Positions 45,078 through 54,312 of a stretch of DNA of 62,397 nucleotides are shown in pieces. The stretch is taken from NCBI GenBank assembly GCA_040384365.1, contig JAZKJK010000015.1, positions 1,093 to 63,489 of the forward strand, read 5' to 3'. This DNA comes from Patescibacteria group bacterium (lineage in GTDB: Bacteria; Patescibacteriota; Minisyncoccia; Phycocordibacterales; UBA9973). The notes under the pieces are model-generated. The model had not been told where the DNA came from. It saw only the letters and a program-made list of their open reading frames with translations, and searched no databases. Position 1 is the stretch's first letter, and each line of letters opens with the position of its first letter. Position numbers and translations under genes: made by a program.

Positions 45078-46028
45078 CTAGGGTTTAGTATTCTCATACC
45101 ATTCTATGGTTTTCCTCATTCCTTCTTCAAAGGTTACCGAAGGTTTCCATCCGAGCTCTCTGGTGATCTTGGAATGATCCATCGCATAGCGCATATCGTG
45201 TCCTTTACGATCTTCTACAAAAGTTTTCAGAATTTTAGGCTTGTTTAATAATCCGAGTATAGTATCTGCAATTTCTAATCCGTTTTTTTCTGAATCACCG
45301 CCGATGCAATAAGTTTCACCGATTTTACCTTTATGCAGAATCAAATCAATCGCTTCGCAATGATCTACCACATATAGATAATCACGAACAGCCTTGCCTG
45401 CACCATAGATAGGAAGCGATTTATTTTCAAGAGCATTGGTGATAAAAAGCGGAATTATTTTTTCGGGGAACTGGAAGGGTCCGTAATTATTTGTACAATT
45501 TGAAATCGTGGCAGGGAAATTGTATGTTTCGATAAAGGCTCGCACAAGGTGGTCTGATCCGGCTTTGGAAGCAGAGTAGGGAGATCTGGGCGCGTATGGA
45601 GTTTTTTCGGAAAATTTTTCTCCAGTTTTGTCGAGTGGCAAGCTGCCAAAGACTTCGTCTGTAGAAACATGATGGAATCTTTTTATTTCAAGTTCCTGTG
45701 CGACTTCAAGTAGAACCTCTGTTCCTATCACATTTGTTTGGATAAAAATTGCCGGTCCTGAGATTGAACGATCCACATGAGATTCAGCGGCAAAGTGAAC
45801 TACCATATCACATCTAGTCATAGCTTTTCTCACCATATCTATATCACAAATATCACCGTGAATAAATGTGTAATTAGGATTTTTCCCTACCTCTTTTAAA
45901 TTTTCTAAATTACACGCGTAAGTCAATTTATCTAAATTGACTATTTTATAATCAGGATATTTCTTCATCATATAGATGATGAAGTTTGATCCTATAAAAC
46001 CTGCTCCGCCTGTTACTAAAAGTTTCAT
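45078..46028 (-). CDS. rfbB: dTDP-glucose 4,6-dehydratase
   Basis: Present are MKLLVTGGAGFIGSNF, HFAAESHVDRS and YSASKAGSDHLV. The start was moved to the Met that does not overlap rfbC. Confidence 0.93.
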   Translation of the reverse strand: MKLLVTGGAGFIGSNFIIYMMKKYPDYKIVNLDKLTYACNLENLKEVGKNPNYTFIHGDICDIDMVRKAMTRCDMVVHFAAESHVDRSISGPAIFIQTNVIGTEVLLEVAQELEIKRFHHVSTDEVFGSLPLDKTGEKFSEKTPYAPRSPYSASKAGSDHLVRAFIETYNFPATISNCTNNYGPFQFPEKIIPLFITNALENKSLPIYGAGKAVRDYLYVVDHCEAIDLILHKGKIGETYCIGGDSEKNGLEIADTILGLLNKPKILKTFVEDRKGHDMRYAMDHSKITRELGWKPSVTFEEGMRKTIEWYENTKP

Positions 46029-46038
46029 AATAAATTGA

Positions 46039-46584
46039 TTAAAAATCAATGTCGCTATCTTTTAAAGTTGGTGCATTGGCGTCTCTATCTATTAGGATAG
46101 GATTATCAATACCCCAATCTATGCCTATATCTGGGTCGTTGAAACAAATAAATCTTTCAGACTCTTTATTGTAGTGATTGTCTATATTGTAATGAACCTC
46201 AACATTGTCAGTAAGCGATAATATACCATGAGCAAACCCCCTTGGGATAAAAAGCTGTATTTTATTTTCTTCAGTTAATTCTACAGCTAACCATTTTTTG
46301 TAAGTCGGTGAATTTTTTCTCAAATCTACTACTACATCCAAAACCGCCCCCTTGGTGCATTTAATAAGTTTAGATTGAGCAAAGGGATGAATTTGACAGT
46401 GTAATCCACGAAGAGTTCCCTTTTTTTTCGTAAAAGAATGGTTGCTCTGAACAAAATTTGTGTCAATTCCAGCCTCAGCTAGTTTCTTTTTGTGATAAGA
46501 TTCAAAAAACCATCCGCGGGTATCTTCGAAGATATCTGGCTCAATGATTAAAACATCTTTTATTTTTGTTTGGGTAATTGTCAT
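46039..46584 (-). CDS. rfbC: dTDP-4-dehydrorhamnose 3,5-epimerase
   Basis: The cupin pattern includes FEDTRGWFFESY, RGLHCQ and PRGFAHG. Confidence 0.93.
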   Translation of the reverse strand: MTITQTKIKDVLIIEPDIFEDTRGWFFESYHKKKLAEAGIDTNFVQSNHSFTKKKGTLRGLHCQIHPFAQSKLIKCTKGAVLDVVVDLRKNSPTYKKWLAVELTEENKIQLFIPRGFAHGILSLTDNVEVHYNIDNHYNKESERFICFNDPDIGIDWGIDNPILIDRDANAPTLKDSDIDF

Positions 46585-46592
46585 CTAGTTGT

Positions 46593-47492
46593 TTATATCA
46601 ATTTTCTCGGAGAATTCTCTTCAGCCACTCGCATGAGATATTGTCCATACTGAGATTTTTCATATTGTTTTGCAATTTTAAGCAGATCAGCGTGTTTTAT
46701 CCAACCATTCCTATAAGCGATTTCTTCTAAAGCGGCAATTTTAGTATTTTGTCTCTCCTCAATGATTTTTACAAAATCATTGGCATTCACCATCGAGCTG
46801 ATGGTGCCAGTATCAAGCCAAGCAAATCCACGCCCCAGGAGTTTGACATCTAAATCGCCTGCGTCCAAATATAATTTGTTTACATCAGTTATTTCAAGTT
46901 CTCCACGATGGCTCGGTTTGATCTTTTTTGCAAAGTTAATGACTCTGTTGTCATAAAAATAAAGACCAGTAACGGCGTAATTCGATTTCGGCTTTTTCGG
47001 TTTTTCTTCTATTGAAGTAACTTTCCCTTTTTTGTTGAACCCAACAACACCGAACCTTTCTGGATCATTAACATAATATCCAAATATGGTTGCACCATTT
47101 TTGTTTTTTACAGCTTCTCTTAAGATTTTTGTTAATCCATTGCCGTAGAAAATATTGTCGCCCAAGATCATTACTACATTACTTTTACCTATGAATTTTT
47201 CGCCGATTATGAAAGCCTGAGCCAAGCCGTCAGGGGAAGGCTGTTCGGCATATGACAGCTCTAATCCAAAATTTTTACCATCCCCTAAAAGTTTCTTGAA
47301 ATTCGGCAAATCAGCTGGTGTCGAGATGATCAGAATTTCTCTAATGCCTGCCAACATTAAAATAGACAGCGGATAAAAAATCATCGGCTTGTCATGGATG
47401 GGCAACAATTGCTTGCTCATTGCTTTCGTTAGGGGGTAGAGTCTGGTTCCGCTACCACCTGCCAATATGATGCCTTTTGTGGTATTTTTCAT
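46593..47492 (-). CDS. rfbA: glucose-1-phosphate thymidylyltransferase
   Basis: Present are [16 protein letters not shown], the ILGDNIFYG region, and the ELEITDVN region. Confidence 0.95.
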   Translation of the reverse strand: MKNTTKGIILAGGSGTRLYPLTKAMSKQLLPIHDKPMIFYPLSILMLAGIREILIISTPADLPNFKKLLGDGKNFGLELSYAEQPSPDGLAQAFIIGEKFIGKSNVVMILGDNIFYGNGLTKILREAVKNKNGATIFGYYVNDPERFGVVGFNKKGKVTSIEEKPKKPKSNYAVTGLYFYDNRVINFAKKIKPSHRGELEITDVNKLYLDAGDLDVKLLGRGFAWLDTGTISSMVNANDFVKIIEERQNTKIAALEEIAYRNGWIKHADLLKIAKQYEKSQYGQYLMRVAEENSPRKLI

Positions 47493-47669
47493 AAAATATG
47501 TGTGTTGTTTCTAAATTTTTCTAAAGATTAATTTGCTTAATAATAGATAAAAGGTATTATTAAATAATATTAATTATATGTGTTAGTATAACATTTAATC
47601 GAATGTATTTCAATCCTCAAATGTATTTTGATTGTGTCTAATTTGGGTATTATATGTGGTATAGAAAGT

Positions 47670-48518
47670 ATGAAAAATAATGGACTTAAAATTGGATTTA
47701 TTGGACAAGGATATGTTGGCAAACATTGCGCAGATGATTTCGAGCGTCGAGGCTATAAGGTTGTTCGTTACTCTAAAGAAAAATTATATTATTCCAATAA
47801 GGAAAAAATTAAGAGTTGTGATATAGTGTTTATCGCAGTTCCAACTCCCACAATTTGTGGTACTTATGATGCCAGTATTCTATATAAAGTTATACCTCTT
47901 ATTGGAAAGAATAAAATTATTGTTTTGAAATCAACTTGTTGTTTTGGTCTTTCGCGTGTTTTGCAAAAGAAGTTCAAAGATTATATTATTGTGCATTCTC
48001 CAGAATTTTTAAGTGAGGTTACTGCAGCAGAGGATGCCGGGAATCCTTTTTTCAATATTGTGGGGATAGACCAAAGTTCAAAAAAACACAAAGATGTGGC
48101 CCAGTTTCTTCATTCCATTCTTCCAAAGGCGCCTTCCTCTTTCACTGTATCATACGAAGATGCTGAATTGATAAAATATGCTCATAATACTTCAGCTTAT
48201 GTGCAGATAGTTTTTTCAAACCTTATGTATGATTTTGCGAAAAAATTGGGCGCAAATTGGGAAAATATAGCAAAAGCGATGAAATCAGACCCATTTATGG
48301 CAAGTAAATATTGGGAACCCATACATAAGGGTGGTCGAGGGGCAGGAGGACATTGTTTCATTAAGGATTTCGCTATTCTTTCCAGTATATATAAGAAAAT
48401 CATGAATGATCCCCTAGGTGCCCAAGTTTTATTGGATTTAGAGAAAAAAAATATTGAACTTTTGCAAAAAAGCGAGAAAGACACGGAATTACTTAAAGGT
48501 GTTTATTGTGATTTGTAG
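47670..48518 (+). CDS. UDP-glucose/GDP-mannose dehydrogenase-family protein lacking the C-terminal UDP-binding domain
   Basis: IGFIGQGYVGK forms a Rossmann motif, and the catalytic-Cys region is GGHCFIKD. Only about 45 aa follow the catalytic Cys. The first ATG is at 47670; the track start at 47628 is TTG. Confidence 0.6.
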   Translation: MKNNGLKIGFIGQGYVGKHCADDFERRGYKVVRYSKEKLYYSNKEKIKSCDIVFIAVPTPTICGTYDASILYKVIPLIGKNKIIVLKSTCCFGLSRVLQKKFKDYIIVHSPEFLSEVTAAEDAGNPFFNIVGIDQSSKKHKDVAQFLHSILPKAPSSFTVSYEDAELIKYAHNTSAYVQIVFSNLMYDFAKKLGANWENIAKAMKSDPFMASKYWEPIHKGGRGAGGHCFIKDFAILSSIYKKIMNDPLGAQVLLDLEKKNIELLQKSEKDTELLKGVYCDL

Positions 48519-48578
48519 AAAAAATAATATAAAAGATTTAGTTACTTTTTTCTAACCATTCTACGAAGAAAATAAATT

Positions 48579-49529
48579 ATGGAAAATAATTTTAAAAGAA
48601 AGATCTTAATAACTGGCGGAGCAGGGTTTATCCCTAGTTGCCTTGCGGAACGACTCATAAAAGATAATAAAAATTTTGTAGTAGTAGTGGATAATTTTTT
48701 GACTGGTCATAAAAAAAATTTACCTTCTTCATTTTATAAAAACTGGAAATTTGTAAAATGTGATGTAAATAAATACAAAGATATTTCTAGAATAATGTTA
48801 GCTTATAATTTTGACTTTGTATTTCACTATGCTGCTATGGTGGGGGTAAAGAGAACATTAAAAAATCCACTCATGGTTCTTGATGATTTAGATGGAATAA
48901 AAAATATTTTGGAACTTTCCAAGGATACTGGAGTGCAAAGATTGTTTTTCTCTTCTTCTTCTGAGGTTTATGGTGAATCAGTAGAATTTCCTCAAAATGA
49001 GGAGACTACCCCTCTGAACTCTCAATTACCTTATGCTATTGTTAAAAATGTAGGAGAGGCATTCTTGCAAGCATTTAAAAAAGAATGTAATGTAAATTAC
49101 ACTATTTTTCGTTTCTTTAATACATATGGACCAAAACAAAGTATGGATTTTGTAATGTCAAAATTTATTTCTTTAGCCTTAAAAAATAAAAACATTACCA
49201 TTTATGGTGATGGAAAACAAACTAGAACTTTTTGTTATATAGATGATAACCTTGATGCAACAATCAATGCTTTTATGCAAAATAAATATATAAATAAAAT
49301 AGTAAACATAGGTAATGATAACGAAATAACAATTCTTGAATTGGCTAAGAAAGTTATTAGAATCACTAAGTCAAAATCACAGATTATCCACTTACCACCA
49401 TTACCTAAGGGTGATGTAACACGTAGAAAACCTGATATCTCTAAAATGAAGAACTTATTAGGAAGAAAATTGATACCCCTAGAAAAGGGAATTAAAAAAG
49501 TAATTGAATCATGGAATTTATATCATTGA
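48579..49529 (+). CDS. NAD-dependent epimerase/dehydratase, UDP-glucuronate decarboxylase (UXS)-like
   Basis: Present are GGAGFIPS, SSSEVYGE, YAIVK, and RFFNTYGP...GDGKQTRTFCYIDD. Confidence 0.75.
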   Translation: MENNFKRKILITGGAGFIPSCLAERLIKDNKNFVVVVDNFLTGHKKNLPSSFYKNWKFVKCDVNKYKDISRIMLAYNFDFVFHYAAMVGVKRTLKNPLMVLDDLDGIKNILELSKDTGVQRLFFSSSSEVYGESVEFPQNEETTPLNSQLPYAIVKNVGEAFLQAFKKECNVNYTIFRFFNTYGPKQSMDFVMSKFISLALKNKNITIYGDGKQTRTFCYIDDNLDATINAFMQNKYINKIVNIGNDNEITILELAKKVIRITKSKSQIIHLPPLPKGDVTRRKPDISKMKNLLGRKLIPLEKGIKKVIESWNLYH

Positions 49530-49534
49530 TTAAT

Positions 49535-50461
49535 TTAATCAATCTTGTATATTTCAAATTGTCTTGGTACTTCAATTACTTCTAGTAATTTTTCTCCTGC
49601 CCACATACACTTTTTTGGGTATTTCCAACTATTGTAGTATTTTACAATCCTGTCTACACTTTCTTCGGTAAAAAATCTTTTAGAAGAATGATTCCACAAT
49701 TTTTTCTTTATGTCTTTGCGTACAAAAGATAGGTGATGCATTTGACACTCTCTTCTTGAAAAAATACGGTATCGTAATTCATTTCCTTTTACATTATTAG
49801 TCTTTCTTGTGGGATCAATAGGTACAATACATGGGATATTGTATACATACTTTGTGTTGGGCATTATTTTTTCGATAGTGGCTACGTATTGTCGTTCGGG
49901 ATATTTTAATTGATAAATTGAGTCATAGTAATATTGTAAATGTTGGCAGTAACCAGTACCATAATCTCCATTTTCCATTTCCTTTTTCAAAAATTGAAAT
50001 TGTTTTTCTGTGTAAAATTCATCTGCATCAATTGTCATATGATAATTGCAACCATTTTGCCTACATAATTCTAGCCCGATATTTCTTTTCTTGGTTTCAT
50101 TAAGCGAAGCATTCTCTCCAGCTGTATTGGCGATGTTTGGTTCATATAGATAAAGTTTATTCACTAATCCATCTCTTACAAGTTTATTTAAAAAATCTTC
50201 CATTCCCGCACTACAGGGTTCCCCATGATTGGATATTTTTTGCCAAATGATACATACAAAATCTACATTATTTCTAATGCTTCGTATTGAATATTCAAGC
50301 AATTCTTCGCCGTCGAATAAATTATACGCCACACCAAGTCGCATAGTATAGTATTTATTTTTTTTACGCAGGATTTTGCCTAATTGTTGTTTAAGTGTAA
50401 TTATTTTAATCCAAAATACACGAAAGAATTTTAGGACTTTATTTTTTATCAGGTCGATCAT
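49535..50461 (-). CDS. putative glycosyltransferase (unassigned family)
   Basis: This 308-aa ORF sits in the glycan cluster and has a DxD-like IDADEF. The start codon is uncertain. Confidence 0.4.
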   Translation of the reverse strand: MIDLIKNKVLKFFRVFWIKIITLKQQLGKILRKKNKYYTMRLGVAYNLFDGEELLEYSIRSIRNNVDFVCIIWQKISNHGEPCSAGMEDFLNKLVRDGLVNKLYLYEPNIANTAGENASLNETKKRNIGLELCRQNGCNYHMTIDADEFYTEKQFQFLKKEMENGDYGTGYCQHLQYYYDSIYQLKYPERQYVATIEKIMPNTKYVYNIPCIVPIDPTRKTNNVKGNELRYRIFSRRECQMHHLSFVRKDIKKKLWNHSSKRFFTEESVDRIVKYYNSWKYPKKCMWAGEKLLEVIEVPRQFEIYKID

Positions 50462-50469
50462 TTTGATTT

Positions 50470-51918
50470 TTAATGACTTTTTACTAACATGGATATTTCA
50501 TTGAGTGTTTGTTCTTTTAGGATTTTGAGTGAACAAATATATACAATTATTGCGAGCAAGATGTTTATGATGAAATTTATTCCGGTTAAATTTAAGAGCA
50601 ATATTGAAACTGTCATAATAATACTTGAAATACATATTTTCCAAAGTTTTGGTATGACACTGAAAGGAATAAATTTTTTTAGCCTTTTCCAATTGGTGCC
50701 CATAATTACGAGTTCTGCTATTACTGTGGATGCTGCGGCTCCAATTGCTCCATATTGTGGTATAAACCAGAAATTTAGAAATATGTTTAAAAAGACTCCA
50801 AATGCAGTCGTGGTAATAAAAGATTTTTGGAGATTTTTCGAAAAAATTAGATTAGTTAGAAAAATATTTGGAAAAGATGCGAGAATCGAAATCATAAGGA
50901 TAGCAAATACTGATGCTACGGCAATGTACGACTGTCCTAGTATAAGTAAAGTTATCTGGTTACTAAATATTATTCCTCCAATTGTTACGGGTATTCCTAT
51001 TGCTAGGATTATTGTCATAACTTTCTCAAAGATATTGCCGAGTTTGCTTGTGTCATCTGCATTTTTTGACAGTATTGGGAATATTGAAATCGCAATAAAA
51101 CCTGGAACGATTGACAAAAAAGAAATTAGACGTTGAGCCGTCGTATATAAACCGACATCAGTCGCAGACCGCATTTGTCCCAACATAATAGTGTCTAAAC
51201 TAAATAAAAATCCAAACAAACCGATTATTGCCACAGGCCAAGAAAAATTACAAATTATTTTTAAATTTTCTTTTGAAAATTTAAACTCAATTCCCTTAAA
51301 TTCTCCTCTGATTGACCAGACTATATATATAGTCGAGAATATACTTCCTAGCATATAAGCCATTGCGAGAGAGATGGGGTTGGCATTATTAAGTAATAAA
51401 ATCAACCCAAAAATTGTGATAAGTAAATTCATGAGTATCTTTGAAAATCCCTCTATCTCCATTTTTTGTAATGAGCGATTTATGGACATTGCAAATTCAC
51501 GTATTGACTCAAATAAATAGAAAGTTGCAAAAATGAGAATTGCACCAAAACTTAATTTTATTTTTCCTAGATCTGGAGCGAGTAACAACGCTGTAGAAAA
51601 AAATATTATTAAAAGAGTTAGTCTAATCATAATGGATGTAGCAAGATATTTATGTTTGTTGGTGTTATCTTTGGACATTTCTTTTGTAATAAATGTATTT
51701 ATTCCAAAGTCTCCCAAGATGAAGAAAAGAGAAACAAAAGCTAATCCATATGAAAATACCCCCCATTCCTCAATTCCGAGTTTGCGAGTAGCAAATATGA
51801 TAATTACTAATTTAAGAATTCGCCCTATGCCTTCTCCTAAAAAAAGCCAAAATGTATTTTTTATCACCGTCTGCTTATTGCTTGTATTTTTTAAAAAAAA
51901 GTTCTTTATTTTTTCCAT
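50470..51918 (-). CDS. Wzx-type oligosaccharide flippase (MOP superfamily)
   Basis: It has about 12-14 TM segments. The N-terminal region typical of polysaccharide-biosynthesis flippases is NTFWLFLGEGIGRILKL. Confidence 0.8.
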   Translation of the reverse strand: MEKIKNFFLKNTSNKQTVIKNTFWLFLGEGIGRILKLVIIIFATRKLGIEEWGVFSYGLAFVSLFFILGDFGINTFITKEMSKDNTNKHKYLATSIMIRLTLLIIFFSTALLLAPDLGKIKLSFGAILIFATFYLFESIREFAMSINRSLQKMEIEGFSKILMNLLITIFGLILLLNNANPISLAMAYMLGSIFSTIYIVWSIRGEFKGIEFKFSKENLKIICNFSWPVAIIGLFGFLFSLDTIMLGQMRSATDVGLYTTAQRLISFLSIVPGFIAISIFPILSKNADDTSKLGNIFEKVMTIILAIGIPVTIGGIIFSNQITLLILGQSYIAVASVFAILMISILASFPNIFLTNLIFSKNLQKSFITTTAFGVFLNIFLNFWFIPQYGAIGAAASTVIAELVIMGTNWKRLKKFIPFSVIPKLWKICISSIIMTVSILLLNLTGINFIINILLAIIVYICSLKILKEQTLNEISMLVKSH

Positions 51919-51930
51919 ATCTTACTCTGT

Positions 51931-53265
51931 TTAATAAGTAAATATCTTTGCTATTGTTTTTAGGATAATAATTATATCAAAAAAAATGTTTCTATTTTTA
52001 ATATAATAAAAGTCATATTTCAGTTTTTCTCTAGCATCTTCGGTCGAAGAACCATATTTATAATTTACTTGCGCCCAACCTGTCAGCCCCCCTTTTACAG
52101 TATGTCTCAGATCATAATATAGTATGTCTTGTTTCAAATTGCGTATGAATTCCGGTCTTTCGGGTCGTGGTCCGACAAAAGAAATATCACCCTTCAAAAT
52201 ATTTATAAGTTGCGGAATTTCATCCAAGTGTGTTTCTCTAATAAATTTTCCCACAGGCGTAATTCTAGAATCCTTTTTATTATCTTTTGTCCAGACGGCG
52301 CCGTTTTTCTCGGAATTTAGATACATCGATCTAAATTTATAAATTGTGAATTCTGTGTCATTGAGACTGATTCTTTGATGTTTGAAAAGAGCGGGACCTT
52401 TTGATGTGAGTTTCACGATGATGGCCGTCAGCACAAAAACGGGTGACAATAAGATAATCAATGCGAAAGACAAGGCAATGTCGAGAATTCTCTTCATAAA
52501 ATTGAAAATCGTTTTGTTTTCGCTGATATATTCAATGATTTCGTTTTTCCCCAATATCTCGGTTGGCATTTTTTGAAACATTTCTTCGTAGAAATTGTTT
52601 ATGGTGTAAACAAAAATTCCTTTTTTTACTAGAGCATAAATTTTATTGAACTCTGCTCCCTCATCTCCGCTGATTACGACGATATCTGGATCAAGAGCGA
52701 TGATCTCATTCAAATCCAGCATGTCCGATTCCCTAATTATCTCATACCCGATATTTTGATTGCGGCGCAACTCTTCAACGAGACCGTCCCTTTTTTTACT
52801 TATAATTATTATTTTTCTATTTATTTTTCTATGCGTAAAATATCTTTTTATCAATATTCTCAAATAAAAATCAAGAATTCCAAATATGCCGGTAAATATG
52901 ACCAAGTTTGTTTTTGGGGTTAGTTTGAAAAAATCTCCGAATATATAAAAAATTAGAACTGAAATGGAAAATGAAATCATCAAACTTTTTGCAAAAGAAT
53001 TTGCGAACTCCGTAGTATTTTTATTGAATCTGAAAGAATATAGGTTGAATATGAAGAAAATCAGGATGAATAGCAGAGTTATGATAGAAAATGGAATGAA
53101 ATGGTCCTTTAGTTGCGCCGAAAAATTTTCACTGCCATATCTTATAAGAATCATTAAAAAAAGCGCGCTGAACGCTACCGCCAAATCAACGATAAAAATA
53201 AAGAACATCTTGAATTGTATGAGTAAACCTTTCATTTTCATGTCCTGCATGCTTTTGTCGGGCAT
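51931..53265 (-). CDS. polyprenyl-phosphate glycosyl-1-phosphate transferase (WbaP/PglC-type priming enzyme)
   Basis: The C-terminal bacterial sugar transferase domain carries DIALSFALIILLSPVF, KFRSM, DEIPQLINILKGDISFVGPRPERP and KYDFYY. Confidence 0.9.
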   Translation of the reverse strand: MPDKSMQDMKMKGLLIQFKMFFIFIVDLAVAFSALFLMILIRYGSENFSAQLKDHFIPFSIITLLFILIFFIFNLYSFRFNKNTTEFANSFAKSLMISFSISVLIFYIFGDFFKLTPKTNLVIFTGIFGILDFYLRILIKRYFTHRKINRKIIIISKKRDGLVEELRRNQNIGYEIIRESDMLDLNEIIALDPDIVVISGDEGAEFNKIYALVKKGIFVYTINNFYEEMFQKMPTEILGKNEIIEYISENKTIFNFMKRILDIALSFALIILLSPVFVLTAIIVKLTSKGPALFKHQRISLNDTEFTIYKFRSMYLNSEKNGAVWTKDNKKDSRITPVGKFIRETHLDEIPQLINILKGDISFVGPRPERPEFIRNLKQDILYYDLRHTVKGGLTGWAQVNYKYGSSTEDAREKLKYDFYYIKNRNIFFDIIIILKTIAKIFTY

Positions 53266-53404
53266 GCTTCAGTATCCAGTTAATCTACCACAAAAACGGA
53301 TTTTTTACAGCTTTTTTAATTTGTGACCTAATTTTATAGGTTTATTTTTCCCATAAGGTGTATAATTCACCTATTAAGAGTAATTGTTTCCACGGCGATT
53401 TATT

Positions 53405-53863
53405 ATGCAAACAACCAAAAGAAAAATAGATGAGATGTTAGAAATGTATGGACTCCCAAAAGAACTTTACACAATGCAGCGCGGAGTGAAGCACAAAGGA
53501 GAAATGCGCTATGACATAACGATTATTCCTCCACTTGTCATTAACGGGCAATATAACAAAACCCACGGACATATCCATATCACAGGTCATGAAGAAGAAT
53601 ACATAGTCTTAGAAGGGGAAGCCATATTTTTATTTCAAAATAAAAAGGATTTTTGGAAAACTAAAGCTAAAAAAGGACAGCACATTTTAATACCCGGTGA
53701 TTGTTACCACGCAACGATCAATCCGTCTAAAACTAAAACTCTCAAATTAGCCAATTGGCTCAGTGAAAAATGTGTTTCTGATTACAAATATATACAAAAA
53801 AAGAAAGGTATGCGTGAGTACTATACAGTCAAAGGATGGGTCAAGAATCCTAATTATAAATAA
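53405..53863 (+). CDS. cupin-fold protein, possibly cupin-type glucose-6-phosphate isomerase
   Basis: THGHIHITGHEEEYIVLEGEAIF and the later CYHATIN resemble the cupin-type PGI metal site. The assignment is tentative. Confidence 0.4.
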   Translation: MQTTKRKIDEMLEMYGLPKELYTMQRGVKHKGEMRYDITIIPPLVINGQYNKTHGHIHITGHEEEYIVLEGEAIFLFQNKKDFWKTKAKKGQHILIPGDCYHATINPSKTKTLKLANWLSEKCVSDYKYIQKKKGMREYYTVKGWVKNPNYK

Positions 53864-53895
53864 AAATATAATTCGCAGAATCTTGTGATATACTC

Positions 53896-54312
53896 ATGGA
53901 TATGATTAGAGGATTTACTTGTGGTGCCATGGATTTATTGCACGCTGGGCACCTTTTGATGCTAAAAGAATGCAGGGGGCAGTGCGACTATCTCATCGTG
54001 GGACTTGAAGTCGATCCATCTGTGGATAGACCTGAAAAAAATAAACCTGTGGAAACATTGGAGGAAAGAATGATCCGATTGCAAGGTTGTAAATATGTTG
54101 ACGAAATAGTTGTTTACAATGACGAGATTGACCTGTACAAACTTTTAAAAAAAATAAATCCTGATGTTCGTTTTATGGGGATGGATTGGAAAAATAAAGA
54201 AAATTATTCCAGAGATAGATTGCCAGATATGAAAGTTATTTATAATAGCCGAAGTCACAATTATTCTTCTAATGATTTAAGGCAAAGAATTGCTGAAAGC
54301 CAAAATCATTAA
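53896..54312 (+). CDS. cytidylyltransferase-family nucleotidyltransferase (TagD/RfaE-II-like)
   Basis: The HxGH motif is GAMDLLHAGHLLML. The 138-aa size fits this family. Confidence 0.8.
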   Translation: MDMIRGFTCGAMDLLHAGHLLMLKECRGQCDYLIVGLEVDPSVDRPEKNKPVETLEERMIRLQGCKYVDEIVVYNDEIDLYKLLKKINPDVRFMGMDWKNKENYSRDRLPDMKVIYNSRSHNYSSNDLRQRIAESQNH

